From Anthoceros angustus (lineage: Eukaryota > Plantae > Anthocerotophyta), in assembly GCA_010909165.1 (NCBI GenBank), contig VJWM01000193.1, forward strand, positions 186,001-250,000: 64,000 bases of DNA. The letters run 5' to 3'. Each line of letters begins with the position of its first letter. The first letter of the stretch is position 1. Positions 48,149-59,299 of this stretch are shown piece after piece. A program made the translations under genes and the position numbers. A model generated the notes under the pieces. The model saw only the letters and a program-made list of their open reading frames with translations, was not told where the DNA came from and ran no database searches.

Positions 48149-48737
48149 AGCTCCCGCCGACCGGATGGGCGCTCAGCTGCTGCCTCCCTCGGACCTCCTT
48201 GCCGATCTGCAGCTCAGAGGTCAGAAGCAGCCGGGCTTGTTGAAGCCACTTTGGGAATGCATGCTCGGAACCGGTGCTCAGAGCTTCACAAAACCCCAGC
48301 CAAGCTCAGTAGAGAAGGAGCTTACCTCAATCCGAAGGCCAGCTGGAACCAGATGTCTTGTTGGCGATGCTCCGCTTGGACTGATGGCAGCTTGCAGGTG
48401 ACGAAACACGCCCTTCACCATAAAATAAGCTAGCTGTGTCTTTTTACTACCGGCATAAATAGTATTAATACGTCTCCATGCAAGTTTCATTGGTTAAAGA
48501 GGAAGGGATCGATCCCATCACACAAGATTAGCATGTCTGCAAATGCATGAGCATTGTCATCCTTTTTTGAGTGTTTTACCTCTTACGACAAGAAAAAAGC
48601 AACCTATCCAAGTGGTACAAATCACATGAGAATTATTCAAATTAAATGTTCTTGGGTGGAAGAACACTGAGATAGGGGACACGATTTATGCATCTTTTTT
48701 TCCTAGACTCTAATGTTCAAAGATCACTTGCAAGAAG

Positions 48738-49775
48738 GATCACCGTCTTTTTCCTCGCTTTCCGAGGTTGGGCTCCGGGGGCTTCAGGCGTCCCTCCTGA
48801 AGAAACAATACAGGCAGGCGCAATTGGCCCTCCTCCGGGATTCCTCCATTCCTAGGCCTACTCGAGCTCATCTCCATTCTTGCTCAGGAAAGAGGGCAGG
48901 TTCCTGGCTTCTGGCTCGACCTAGTATTCAGGCGTTCCACATCACACCAGCAACTATTTCCACCGCGATGCGTTTTCGCCTTAGCTTGGTCCATCCTCTA
49001 GCTTGCTCTCTTTCAACTTGGAGCTGCGGGGCCTCTCTCGATGACTCTGGGACGCACTTGGCTCGTTGTTCCGCAGGTGGGCAGCGTATCGCTACACATG
49101 ACGCTGTCCGCGACGTCATGTTCTCTATTGCTAGGGAAGGCGGGTTCCTTCCATTTAGGGAGCGCCCTTACACCTTGCTCACCGGGGTCTCGCTTAGGGC
49201 AGACCTATTTTTGACCCGGGGGATCAAGTTTCGGTTGCTGATGTGGTTGTAACCGATCCCAGTTGGGAGAGTATCTGCAAACATGTTATTCTTAACCCTC
49301 CAGGTTCGGCGGCGGAGGGATGCGCGACGGCTAAGGTCCACAAGTACTCTCCTATGTAGGATGGCCATGCCTTCATCCCCCTTTCTATTGAGACTCGCGG
49401 AGTCAAGGGCAAGGATTTCTCCATGTTCATCAAGGCCTGCGCCAAGGCTTATCATAGCCGCAGGAATGGGGTTGGCCTCCCCCTTTCTTGTATTGTTGCT
49501 TTCTTCCGGCAGAGGGTTTCCATCGCTCTGCAGAGGGCGTTAGCTAGCGCAGTGTATAGAACGACAGCGAGCGCGGGAGATGCAGCTTCTTCGACACTAG
49601 TTGTAAGTAGGCCTTTTCACATCCCTGACCACGAAGTTCTTTGGGAGGTTGGTAGTTTTGAAATTCGTGATCTTGGGGACTAGTCCCCTGGCATGGTGCC
49701 CTTTGTTGGGTTTTTCCCCCTTGTTGGATAGATGGGTTTTTCCCATCTTTTTTTTATAATAAGGTCTTCTTTTCC
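48738..49775 (+). mobile_element. 5'-truncated CRE-like (restriction-like endonuclease) non-LTR retrotransposon with 11-bp TSD
   Basis: SCSGKRAGSWLLARPS..MRFRL; CCHC-like WSCG..HLARC; HDAVRD; RAD..ADVVVTDP; KVHKY; FIPLSIETRG; QRVSIALQR. TSD CTTGCAAGAAG at 48727-48737 and 49776-49786. Confidence 0.88.
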
Positions 49776-49978
49776 CTTGCAAGAAGTATAGAGAACTCAA
49801 TTTGGTCAACTATCGGAAAATCATGCACTTACCTGAAGAAGCAATGTTTATTATACATAGAAACAATAAGACTCCTAGAGATAAAAAAAACAAAAAATGT
49901 AAGAAAGTAGACCTAAGTGGTTTTGGAGATTCATAGCAAGGTTTCTAGGATTGAAACAATGACGTCCCTAAGTTGGAC

Positions 49979-50335
49979 GAGGAATATGTATGTGTATGTA
50001 TAGTAGATACAAAGTGAGGAATATGTATGTGTATGTATAGTAGATAGATACAAAGTGAGTTCTTACTTAGAGGGCTGTATAGTCCATATGAGGAATAAGG
50101 ATATGTATGTGTAGCCACTATGGAAGTGAATTCTCACTTAAAGGGCTGTAATTTTTTATAGAGGGTTTTATAGTCCATGAGGAATATAGATGTGTATGTA
50201 TAGCCACTACGGAGGTGAGTTCTCACTTGAAGGGTTGTAATTTTTTACACATGATAATATAGTCCATATGAGGAATATGGATGTGTATGTATAGCCACTA
50301 CGGAGGTGAGTTCTCACTTACAGGGCTGAGATTCT
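49979..50335. repeat. Imperfect tandem repeats built on a GAGGAATATGTATGTGTATGTATAG motif
   Basis: The motif recurs about five times, with a larger ~100-bp periodicity in the second half. Confidence 0.75.
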
Positions 50336-51461
50336 TTACTGTCGCAGTTGCTTATTAGATTCTTAATAGTTTTATGTCATCGTGATCTTTGAATCATTTG
50401 AAGATGTCATAGTTCATCTGGACTTTATATACTCTACCTCTTGTGGCTTTAAATTTCTTACATAGCTAGCTGAGAGCTTATTTAGGGGAGAGCTTACCGC
50501 CACCTTCTAAATCTGCTGTTCTCATATCCTGTTCGAGGTTTACACATTGCGAAGAGTTGTTGGATCTCCTCTCACCTAATAAAGGCATGTAGATATCGCA
50601 GCATTAAAGTCTTTTTCAAACGAGGCTGATTCTATGTATAAGGCAGCTAAGACTTTTGTCTCTAACCAATACACATGTTTAATAGACATTAGGACTTTAC
50701 ATGTCCGAACTCAGGAGTTCATCAAGACCAAGCTATTTGAACTTTAACATCTCCAAGTTGCAGGGAGGCAATGATAATGAGAGCCTAGTATATGATCATC
50801 AATCGGAAGACGAGCTCAAAATGGAACACAATGCTATAATGGTCAATAACCCTAAAATTGAAAGAGGAGTGAACCTTGACACTACTGCCGAAGTTGATAT
50901 TGAAGCAACTGATAGGTCTGCCCCAATCGTCACACGGACGAGCGGGTGAGGCAATGGAAAGGTTACCTAAGTGGTGCTTTCGAAGATGTGTTTGAGGATA
51001 GCCCAGTACCTAGCAAGCATCGGAAGCGAAGGAAAAACCGAAAAGCTTAAAGGGCACAAAGGGTATTTCTCAATCCTTGGCTCTTAGGGTAGATATATAG
51101 GGGTGATCTAGCAGAATTTTTGCTTGGGTGAACATGATCTCCATTTCCATTCACATGTTGTCTCTTTGATTAGGTTATGTACTATCTATGTCCACTTCTA
51201 AAGTCATTGCACCACGGGTGCAATCCAGAAAGTTGGTCATTTTGATTATCTAGACTGATAGATGATAGCCAAATCTGGATCTAGACTGTAAGAGCAAAGT
51301 AGAATTAACTTAGTCAGAATGCTAGCTGATGTGAGTCGGCTCAATCACAACCCTCTCTTCCTCCGCTGCTACGCGCTCTTCCTCTCTGAGTTGTTTGCGA
51401 GCAAAATCTCCTCAAGTATATACTGTCCTTTGAATACATTGCTATTCTTTGTCACCCACCA

Positions 51462-52060
51462 CTACACTGCTAGGTATGGTTCATCACACGTGAAATCCAA
51501 GTTCTCCACCTCCACGACCTTAAATGAACTATTTTGATCATCCGTCTCACATGGAACGGCAATCATATGGCTATGCTCGATCTCGGATACATCTCCATCA
51601 AGTCTGATCATTTCTCGCTCCGTCGCACCAGTGGGTTTATACTTCATGAGATACATGTGTCTAGGTCCATGGTTTCTTGCGATTGGAGCAGCAAGGAGGA
51701 ATACATCGGGAACCACCATGGGGTCGTTGTTTCTCTCAACCTTCTCCCTATTGTACCACCTCCATGGTCTATTTAGTTCCCCGTCGACTCCCCTTTTGAT
51801 TTTCTCACAAATCAGAGTTTGTGACTCCCAAAAGCTTTTCCACCAGGATACCTTATCAGCTACGGAAAGATATTTTTGCATTGGCTCTTCAAGCGCCTTC
51901 CTAATGCCCTCTAGTGACTTATGAGGGTCCAGGTTCGGCACTTTGCCATGTGCTTGTATCACACACAAAGGCGCTCCTACGATGGGGGTTTATGGGATCC
52001 GGCAAAAGAACTCCAGTTCCTCTTCAGGTTCCCAGTGTGGGGAAGTTGAAATTTTTTTGC
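51462..52060 (-). pseudogene. Fragment of an unknown, probably transposon-derived protein truncated at a CACTA-like end
   Basis: 168-aa ORF with stops on both sides; its 5' part abuts CACTAC at 52072. Confidence 0.3.
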
Positions 52061-52071
52061 CTTGTACATAG

Positions 52072-54540
52072 CACTACAACCCTACTAGAAAAGGCAATCT
52101 ATGTTACAGTCGTTGCTGGAATTTTATATTACAATTCCAAATTGCAACATGCTATGTAGGCTTGGTATTAAGTTTGACACCATTCTCATGCTGTCACCAT
52201 CTTAACACGAACCTATCTCTCTCTCTCTCATCACCTCACGGTCCTAAGTACACCCTCTCTCTCTCAAGCATTGTTTATGGTTTCAAACATATACTATGAA
52301 AATCTGCTTATGTTACTGTCCTTTGTTACAATTTCATGTAACACTTTCCATTTGCAACACGCATTAAGTTTGTTGGCTTGGTGTTAAGTTTGTGATTTTC
52401 TTCTCCACCTTCTCTCACCATCTTATCAACATGCAAGTGGTCTTTCGACCTTTCACCTCACCATTAAGATCTTAGCATTAAGTTTGTTGGCTTGGTGTTA
52501 AGTTTGTGATTTTCTTCTCCACCTTCTCTCATCATCTTAACAACCTGCTTCTGGTCTCTCCTTTCACTTCACACTCCTAAATAATGCTTCAGTATGACAC
52601 CCATTTGATAATTTTTCCCTCTTTGTGTTGCAACATGACTGTGATAATGAGCTCCCCTCTCACACTACTATTTTATTCTTCCCCTCTTGCTTTTCCTACA
52701 TGATAGTAACTAGGAACTCTATCTCTCTCCCTGCGGCTGTCATTCTCTTTCCATTTTCCCTCCTTTGCATAGCTATGCGTTTATAATCTACTTTCCCTCT
52801 TCAATGCACCCTTGTGTCCACATCTGGTTTTGTTTTTAAGTTCCGCATACACAATTGAAACTCTTGTTTTTACCTGATTATGTATAGTAGGATTCTAGAT
52901 TATTTATATGTGTATCTTTATATATGGTTTGCAGGCCGACTTATTGTGTATATTCCTATGTATATATATGACTGAAATATGTATTTATGTATGTAGATAT
53001 ATGTATTTATTCTTGTATATACTTGTAACTTAAACATAATATTATTTGCCTATGTCTAAGTTCGTGGGCGTGGGGCTCACTTTGCGTTCGGAGGAGCAAG
53101 AGGAGGGGGAGAGGGGAAGGAAGAGGAGGAGGCCCGTTCCATGCTGTGATTTCAAGTAAAGACCCGTTCCATGCTATGATTTCCTATCTCAATTTTTCAG
53201 CTGATGCGTAACCAGTGTGACATAACGTTGGTGAAGGGATGGTGGCAGGGCGGGACCACGTGTGTAGCCGCAACCAGATCTTGTACTTGCAGAGCATTGA
53301 AAGGTTAGGCCAAGACCTGTTCCAATACTGTGATTTCCTCTCAAATTTTCAGCTGTTGCGTAACTAGCTAGTGTGATTTGCTGTTAGAGAAGGCGATAGT
53401 AGTATGGCGGGGTGTCTCGAGTACATGTACAACTACAAGCAGTTGCAAGGTCAGGCCAAGACCCATTCCATGCTGTTATTTCCTATCTCAAATTTTCAGC
53501 TGATGCGTAACCACACTATGATGTGAAGTTAGGGAAGGCGATGGAAGAATGGCGGGGTCTCATGTACATGTACAGCTGCAAGGTGAGGCCAAGACCCATT
53601 CCATGGTGTAATTTCCTACCTCAAAATTTTATTTGATGCGTAACCAGACTGTGATGTGACGTTAGAGAAGGCGATGCTAGTAGGGCAGGGTCTTGGGGGG
53701 AGTGACCAAGCCGTTGCACAGTAGGAGGGACGTGTTTTGAGGGCCAGATCCCGGTGCTGTAGCATAGAGAAGGGCGAGTGTACTGTCACCAGCAAGTAAC
53801 AGACATGTGTTAAGTGTGATGTGACGTTAGAGAAGGCGATGCTAGTAGGGCAGGGTCTTGGGGGGAGTGACCAAGCCGTTGCACAGTAGGAGGGACGTGT
53901 TTTGAGGGCCAGATCCCGGTGCTGTAGCATAGAGAAGGGCGAGTGTACTGTCACCAGCAAGTAACAGACATGTGTTAAGTGTGGACAGTGAAAACAACGC
54001 AAGATTATCAGCTATGTAGAGGTTCGGTACCTCTAGTAAAAGGAGGTACCGAACCTCCTCCCCATCTACCTTAAGGAAACCAAGATTATCAGCTATGGCT
54101 CTATCAAGCATCCTCGTACTCCTATGTGGTACAGAATCTATCTCAACTATGCTAAGGTGATTATGAGGCGGATTACTGTGCGCCAGTGTCGTGATTATCC
54201 AGGGCATGTCATAAGCATATATAATATGTTACTGAAACTCGCCACTTCCTGGTTTCTGTGTTCAGAAGCACTCACTGACTATTGCAGTTGCTATCTTTAA
54301 CACCATCTCCAACTGCTTGTGTACAGGGTCGAACCAGAGGATCGAAGAGGAAGCCGACTTGGAGGCTGAAGAGAGAATTTCCTACGAAGAGCGCAAGAAA
54401 CGTAACTCTCCTCAATCTGATGAGAGCTTCTCTTCATCTTGAGAGCTTGATGCAGACCCTGATGAAGACACTTCTGCCTCCATTTCCATGAGATCGGGAG
54501 AGGAGTTGGATTTTGAACATTCCTATGACAGCCATGACTC
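52072..54540 (+). mobile_element. Probable 5' portion of a CACTA-like element with internal repeats
   Basis: Starts CACTACAACCCTACTAGAAAAGG. Contains internal duplications (52365-52545, 53130-53660, 53640-53980) and shares the repeat found upstream of the TnpD fragment at 11.3 kb. Confidence 0.5.
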
Positions 54541-54560
54541 AGGCTTTTAGCCTGAGAAGG

Positions 54561-57500
54561 TTAGACAGTGGACGTAGCGGCTAGGAATTCCTGTGAATCT
54601 CCTAGCCTCAAACCTTTCACATATTTGAAGTGCAACTCTCTGTTTAGAGCTTTGGTAAGTATATCTGCGGGGTTGTCTTGTGTTGGCACGTACTGTAATT
54701 CTATCTTTCCAATTGCCACTAGCCCTCAAATATAATGATACTCTACTTCCACGTGCTTAGTGCGTGAGTGGAAGACTGGATTCTTAGCGAGCGCCATGGA
54801 GCCTTGATTGTCTGTATGGATTGTCGTGCATGTAGGTATAGGAATCCCGAGATCCTCAAAAAGCAGTTTACACCACACAATCTCTTTTGCAGCTGCTGTT
54901 AGGACCCTGTATTCTGCTTCTGTAGATGATAGGGCCATTGTGGGCTGCTTTTTACTAGACCAACAGACTGGTCCACTTGCAATGGAGACGACATAGCCAA
55001 AAATTGACTTCCTGCTGTGCGCATCTCCTCCATAGTCTGAATCTGTGAAAACTTCAAGGTCTAATGGATTTCCTTTCAGGTGGTGATACTTAATACCCAT
55101 GTTAGATGTGCCCCTAAGATATCTAAACGCTCGCTTGAGACTTGTCCAATGTTCTTGACCTGGAATTTCCAGGAACTGAGATAATACACTGGTTGTGAAG
55201 GCAATCTCCAACCTTGTAGTGTTGGATGCATAGATAAGCTTGCCAACACCTTGCCAGTAAAGGACACCAATCATCTGGTCCTTTTCTGCTTGTGTAGATG
55301 GGGACATACTCTTACTGAGTTTCAGTCCTGTGGGCAAGGGTGTAGCTGCAGGCTTTGCGTCCTTAAGACCAAGTTGTTGTGCACTATCCAGGAGATACCT
55401 TGGCTGTGTTAAGGTCATAACTCGAGCCTGCCTGTTCCTTAGTATGTGGACACCGAGACAGCTCTATAAGGGTCCAAGGCTTAAATCTCCTTGCAAGCAT
55501 ATCTGTAATCTTTGTAATGAATGCCTGGCTATTGCTTGACAGGATCAAGTCATCAACGTACATGGCCAAGTAACAAATCACATCGCCTTTCTTGTAGATA
55601 TAAAGGCTGCCATCTGCTAGGCTCTTAGTGAAACCTAAAGCTAGAAGTTGAGAATCTAGCTTTGTGTTCCATTTCATTGCTGACTGCTTGAGACCATACA
55701 GGCACTTAATTAGCTTGCACACATGGTCCTCTTTGGATTTAATCTCATATCCTGGAGGTTGTTGCATGTATATCTCTATATCAAGCTTTCCGTGCAAGAA
55801 AGCTGTCTTTACATCATACATTTGCAGTTCATAATCATGATGTGTTGATATTGCGAGGATGACACGAAGTGTGGCTAGCTTCACTACTGGAGCGAAGGTC
55901 TCGAGATAATCAAGTCCAGGGACTTGTGAAAAACCTCGTGCTACTAGCCTGGCTTTGTACCTGTCAAAGGTACCGTCAGCTTTCACTTTCAGTTTGAACA
56001 CCCACTTATAGGACACCATTTTCCTGCCATGAGGTAACTTAGCTATCTCCCATGTGCCATTTTCTATTAGTAAATCATATTCTGATTGTATGGCTTTCTC
56101 CCACTCCTTGTGATCAAGTCTGCTCAATGCCTCAGCATAGGACTGTGGTTCTATGGGATCAAGGGAGGTGGCAGCATGAACTTGCACATGAGCAGAGGAA
56201 GTTCGAAAGTCAGGGGCACGGTAATAATCAAGAGGTCTCCTTTCACGAGTGGGATATCGTCGAAACGGTTCTGGCAGTAGTGCTGGTGACCACCAGTGGT
56301 TCAGGTTCTTTAAGAGTGTCATCACCATCAACAGCGTTAGCAGGCTGGTAATCAGCCTCTGAATGATCAGCTTGAATTTCAGCTTGGGCAGTATCCAGGC
56401 TAAACATCATAATTTTTGAAGGTGGTGAATAATCTCAAGGGGTTTTAGAAATAATCTCAAGGAGTTTTGATGGGCCCAAACAAAAGCTTAAGGCATTCCG
56501 GAAAACATCTCCGAAAAAGGTGTCACCACTAAAGTTCCTACTTTCCATCCAAGAATGTTTCGCCGAATGGTGGTTGCAAACTCGAACCTATGGGATTAAT
56601 GCAAAGTAGAACGTAAGGAAGGCCGCTCGGAAGGGACAATCAGAATTCAGCTTTTGGGAGAAAATGTGGTTTAGTAAGGACACAACAAAAGCCACTGATG
56701 TGGTATTTCCAAAACACACAACATCCGGAACTGACGCATAACATTCACTCTAGCTAAGACCCCGGGACAAACCGTGATTTCAGTTTCACTCATCACCAGA
56801 GTTCAATTCTTCGTCATCACTTGGTCCAGCTTCTCTAGCATTGTCATCACTATCTTCAACGGCTCTTTGACTCGCAGGCTGTATGAAGCCGCACAACTCG
56901 CAGAGCTTATTCCTTATCTCTTTTTTGTCCACCGCATACACATGTTTCCGTGCGTTCAACACAAACCCATAATACAGGATGGCTGTTTCATTCACAAACA
57001 CCTCCTGTATGTTTTTCGGGTAATGGACCTTATTCCCTTTTTTCCTTGGCATCAGACCAGATGGGTTGGCACTTTGATGGACTATGTATTCCTACACATA
57101 TCTCCCTTCGTACGCATCTGTGTGCTCGGTCCGATACCAATGGATAAGAAAGTGAGGTCGTGGTGCATCTAGCTTTGCGTCAATGGCTCTCCCCAATCCA
57201 GAATGGCCTGTTATGCGTGTCCATAGTGCACGGCACTGCCAGAAACATCCCCCTCCAGATTTCCATTATGTCCCCATTCATCCGCGCCATTCCCACTATT
57301 GCCTTCCGGCATTTTGATATGCCCCCAAGTACATATCACGCTGTTGGAAGTCCCTCTATAATGCCTCATCTAGCAAAGCTTCATCCGGCACTTGAAGTGG
57401 TCAGGCTGTATGATCCACTTCTGCACGTGAAAACCACTTCCAAGGACGCTGTAGCACTAGCCCAACGTTATTCTCCACAATGATAGCAATCTCCTCCTGG

Positions 57501-59265
57501 TCCACCCAAAAGGCTTCCCACCACTTGTACTCTTCAACAGTCACCTATGGACGCAAATCTTTTAACCCTTCCTGCAAATGGGCCACACCTTCCATCGGTG
57601 ATAGGATACGCGTTCCTTCTTGTCCCCCCTAGCTTCACCCATGCATGGGATGGTGCTAAGGGAGGCGCGCCGACCGGCGCCTCCCTTAGCATCACCGTCG
57701 GTGCATGCAGTGGAGCAGGGGCACCGCCGGCCAGCGCCTCCCCATGGGCTCCTCATGGGTCTTTAAGAAAATGAATATTTAGCGGCTCAAGAGTTTTGCA
57801 ACTTCGGATTGTTGGTCAAGTGATTGGGACAAAGGTGCACTAATGAGTAGGTTCTGTGTTCGAAATTTATATCTTCTCAATAACTCAACTTTGTTGATTT
57901 TAAGGACGCTTGCATGGGCGCATGGGCAACCAACTTTGTTCATTTTAAGGACGGTGGCATTGCCTTAAAGCCCAAGTGGTTGCATTGAGTGCCAGAAGGT
58001 TGAAGACCATGATTGGCGAGCTTTTGGATGAGGGTCAGCAGACCCTAAATATTGTGTGGCAGTCGACACCGTCCGAAGCTCTGCCCAAGAATTATACTAA
58101 TGAATACGAGCAAGTATTGGAGGAGAATGACAGCTTTGACACATGATTGGCGAGCTTTTGGATGAGGTTCAGCAGACTCTAAATGTTGTGTGGCAGTCGA
58201 CACCGTACGAAGCTCTGCCCAAGAATTATACTAATGAATACGAGCAAGTATTGGAGGAGAATGACAGCTTTGACACAGAGGATATGGACCGCCTTCGGAA
58301 TTTGGTGGTGGTCCTTGACTCAATCGACGCAAGGCATAGACGAGTCGCTCGGCCGCAATCTTGAATGACTATTGTCGATTCTGATGACCACTTCCTCCTT
58401 TAGCAGTTGTTTGTTGCAATGTTCTTGCGACCACTGAAATGAGACTCCCGCTAGTACAGGATTGTTTTCATTGTGTTCCACCACTTGAAAGTAAAAGTTT
58501 TCGGTTGTAATAAACATATGAAAATGGCAGCCCTCTATGCATTCTACAAAACGCAGACGGCCCACACCCCATCGTGCTCTAGTTCGAGTGTAGACTTGAA
58601 AGTCGTCTTTTATCAAAGGTATGGGCTCGAGAAAGGGTGCGCATTATCAAAAGTAGGCGATATGTCACAGGTGAAGGGTGTACATCGTGACAAGGGTGTC
58701 TTCTCTCAAGGGGTTACTATATTCCCCCCCTTCAAAAATTATCATGCTAGCCTAGCAGCATCAGCATCAATGTGTTGAGGAAATTGATCCTGTATATGGG
58801 GCGGTTCAAGCATAGCAGGCGGAGGTTCATCATCTAACTCTACCTCTACATATTCCCCACCCGTAGGAGCAGTGTCCTCAAGTGCTAGATCCTGAGTGCC
58901 ATGATCAGAGAGATCGAAATGAGAGATAGCTGTGCTGTCCTCAGTGTCCTCAGATGCTGGAGGGTGCTGCTGTGCTCCCACTGAAGCCCAAGTGCGGCCC
59001 TCATCAAAGGTAACACTCCGAGCATAGATAACTTTGTTAATGGGGACGTCATACAGCCTGTATGCTCTGATGCCCTCTGTGTACCCCAGTATTAGAAGCT
59101 TCCTGGCCTTATCGGAAAACTTCTTGCGTTTCTCTTTAGGAATGAACGCATAGGCAAGACAATCAAAAGTCCTCAAGTGCTGAAGAGATGGTTTCCTCCT
59201 TGTGAATGCCTCATAAGGGGTTTGTCCAGCAACAGCGTTAGTGGGTAACCTGTTGTGGACAACGG
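54561..59265 (-). mobile_element. Ty1/Copia pol fragment (integrase C-terminus, RT, RNase H), interrupted by a TIR element
   Basis: HNRLPT..TPYEAF..HLRTFDCLAY..ILGY; WEIAKLP..YKWVFKLK..YKARLVARGFSQ..DVKTAFLHG..LYGLKQS..YVDD; FTDSDYGG..SSTEAEY..DNQGSMAL..HSRTKH; premature TGA then ADILTKAL to a stop at 54561. Confidence 0.95.
56409..58742. mobile_element. 2.3-kb TIR-bounded non-autonomous DNA element inserted in Copia pol
   Basis: Imperfect TIRs ATAATTTTTGAAGGTGGTGAATA / TATTCCCCCCCTTCAAAAATTAT; flanks CATC (56405-56408) and CATG (58743-58746); Copia coding sequence resumes on both sides. Confidence 0.8.
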
Positions 59266-59299
59266 ACTCTCCTCGGGAGTAGGAAAATGAGTTAGGCTT

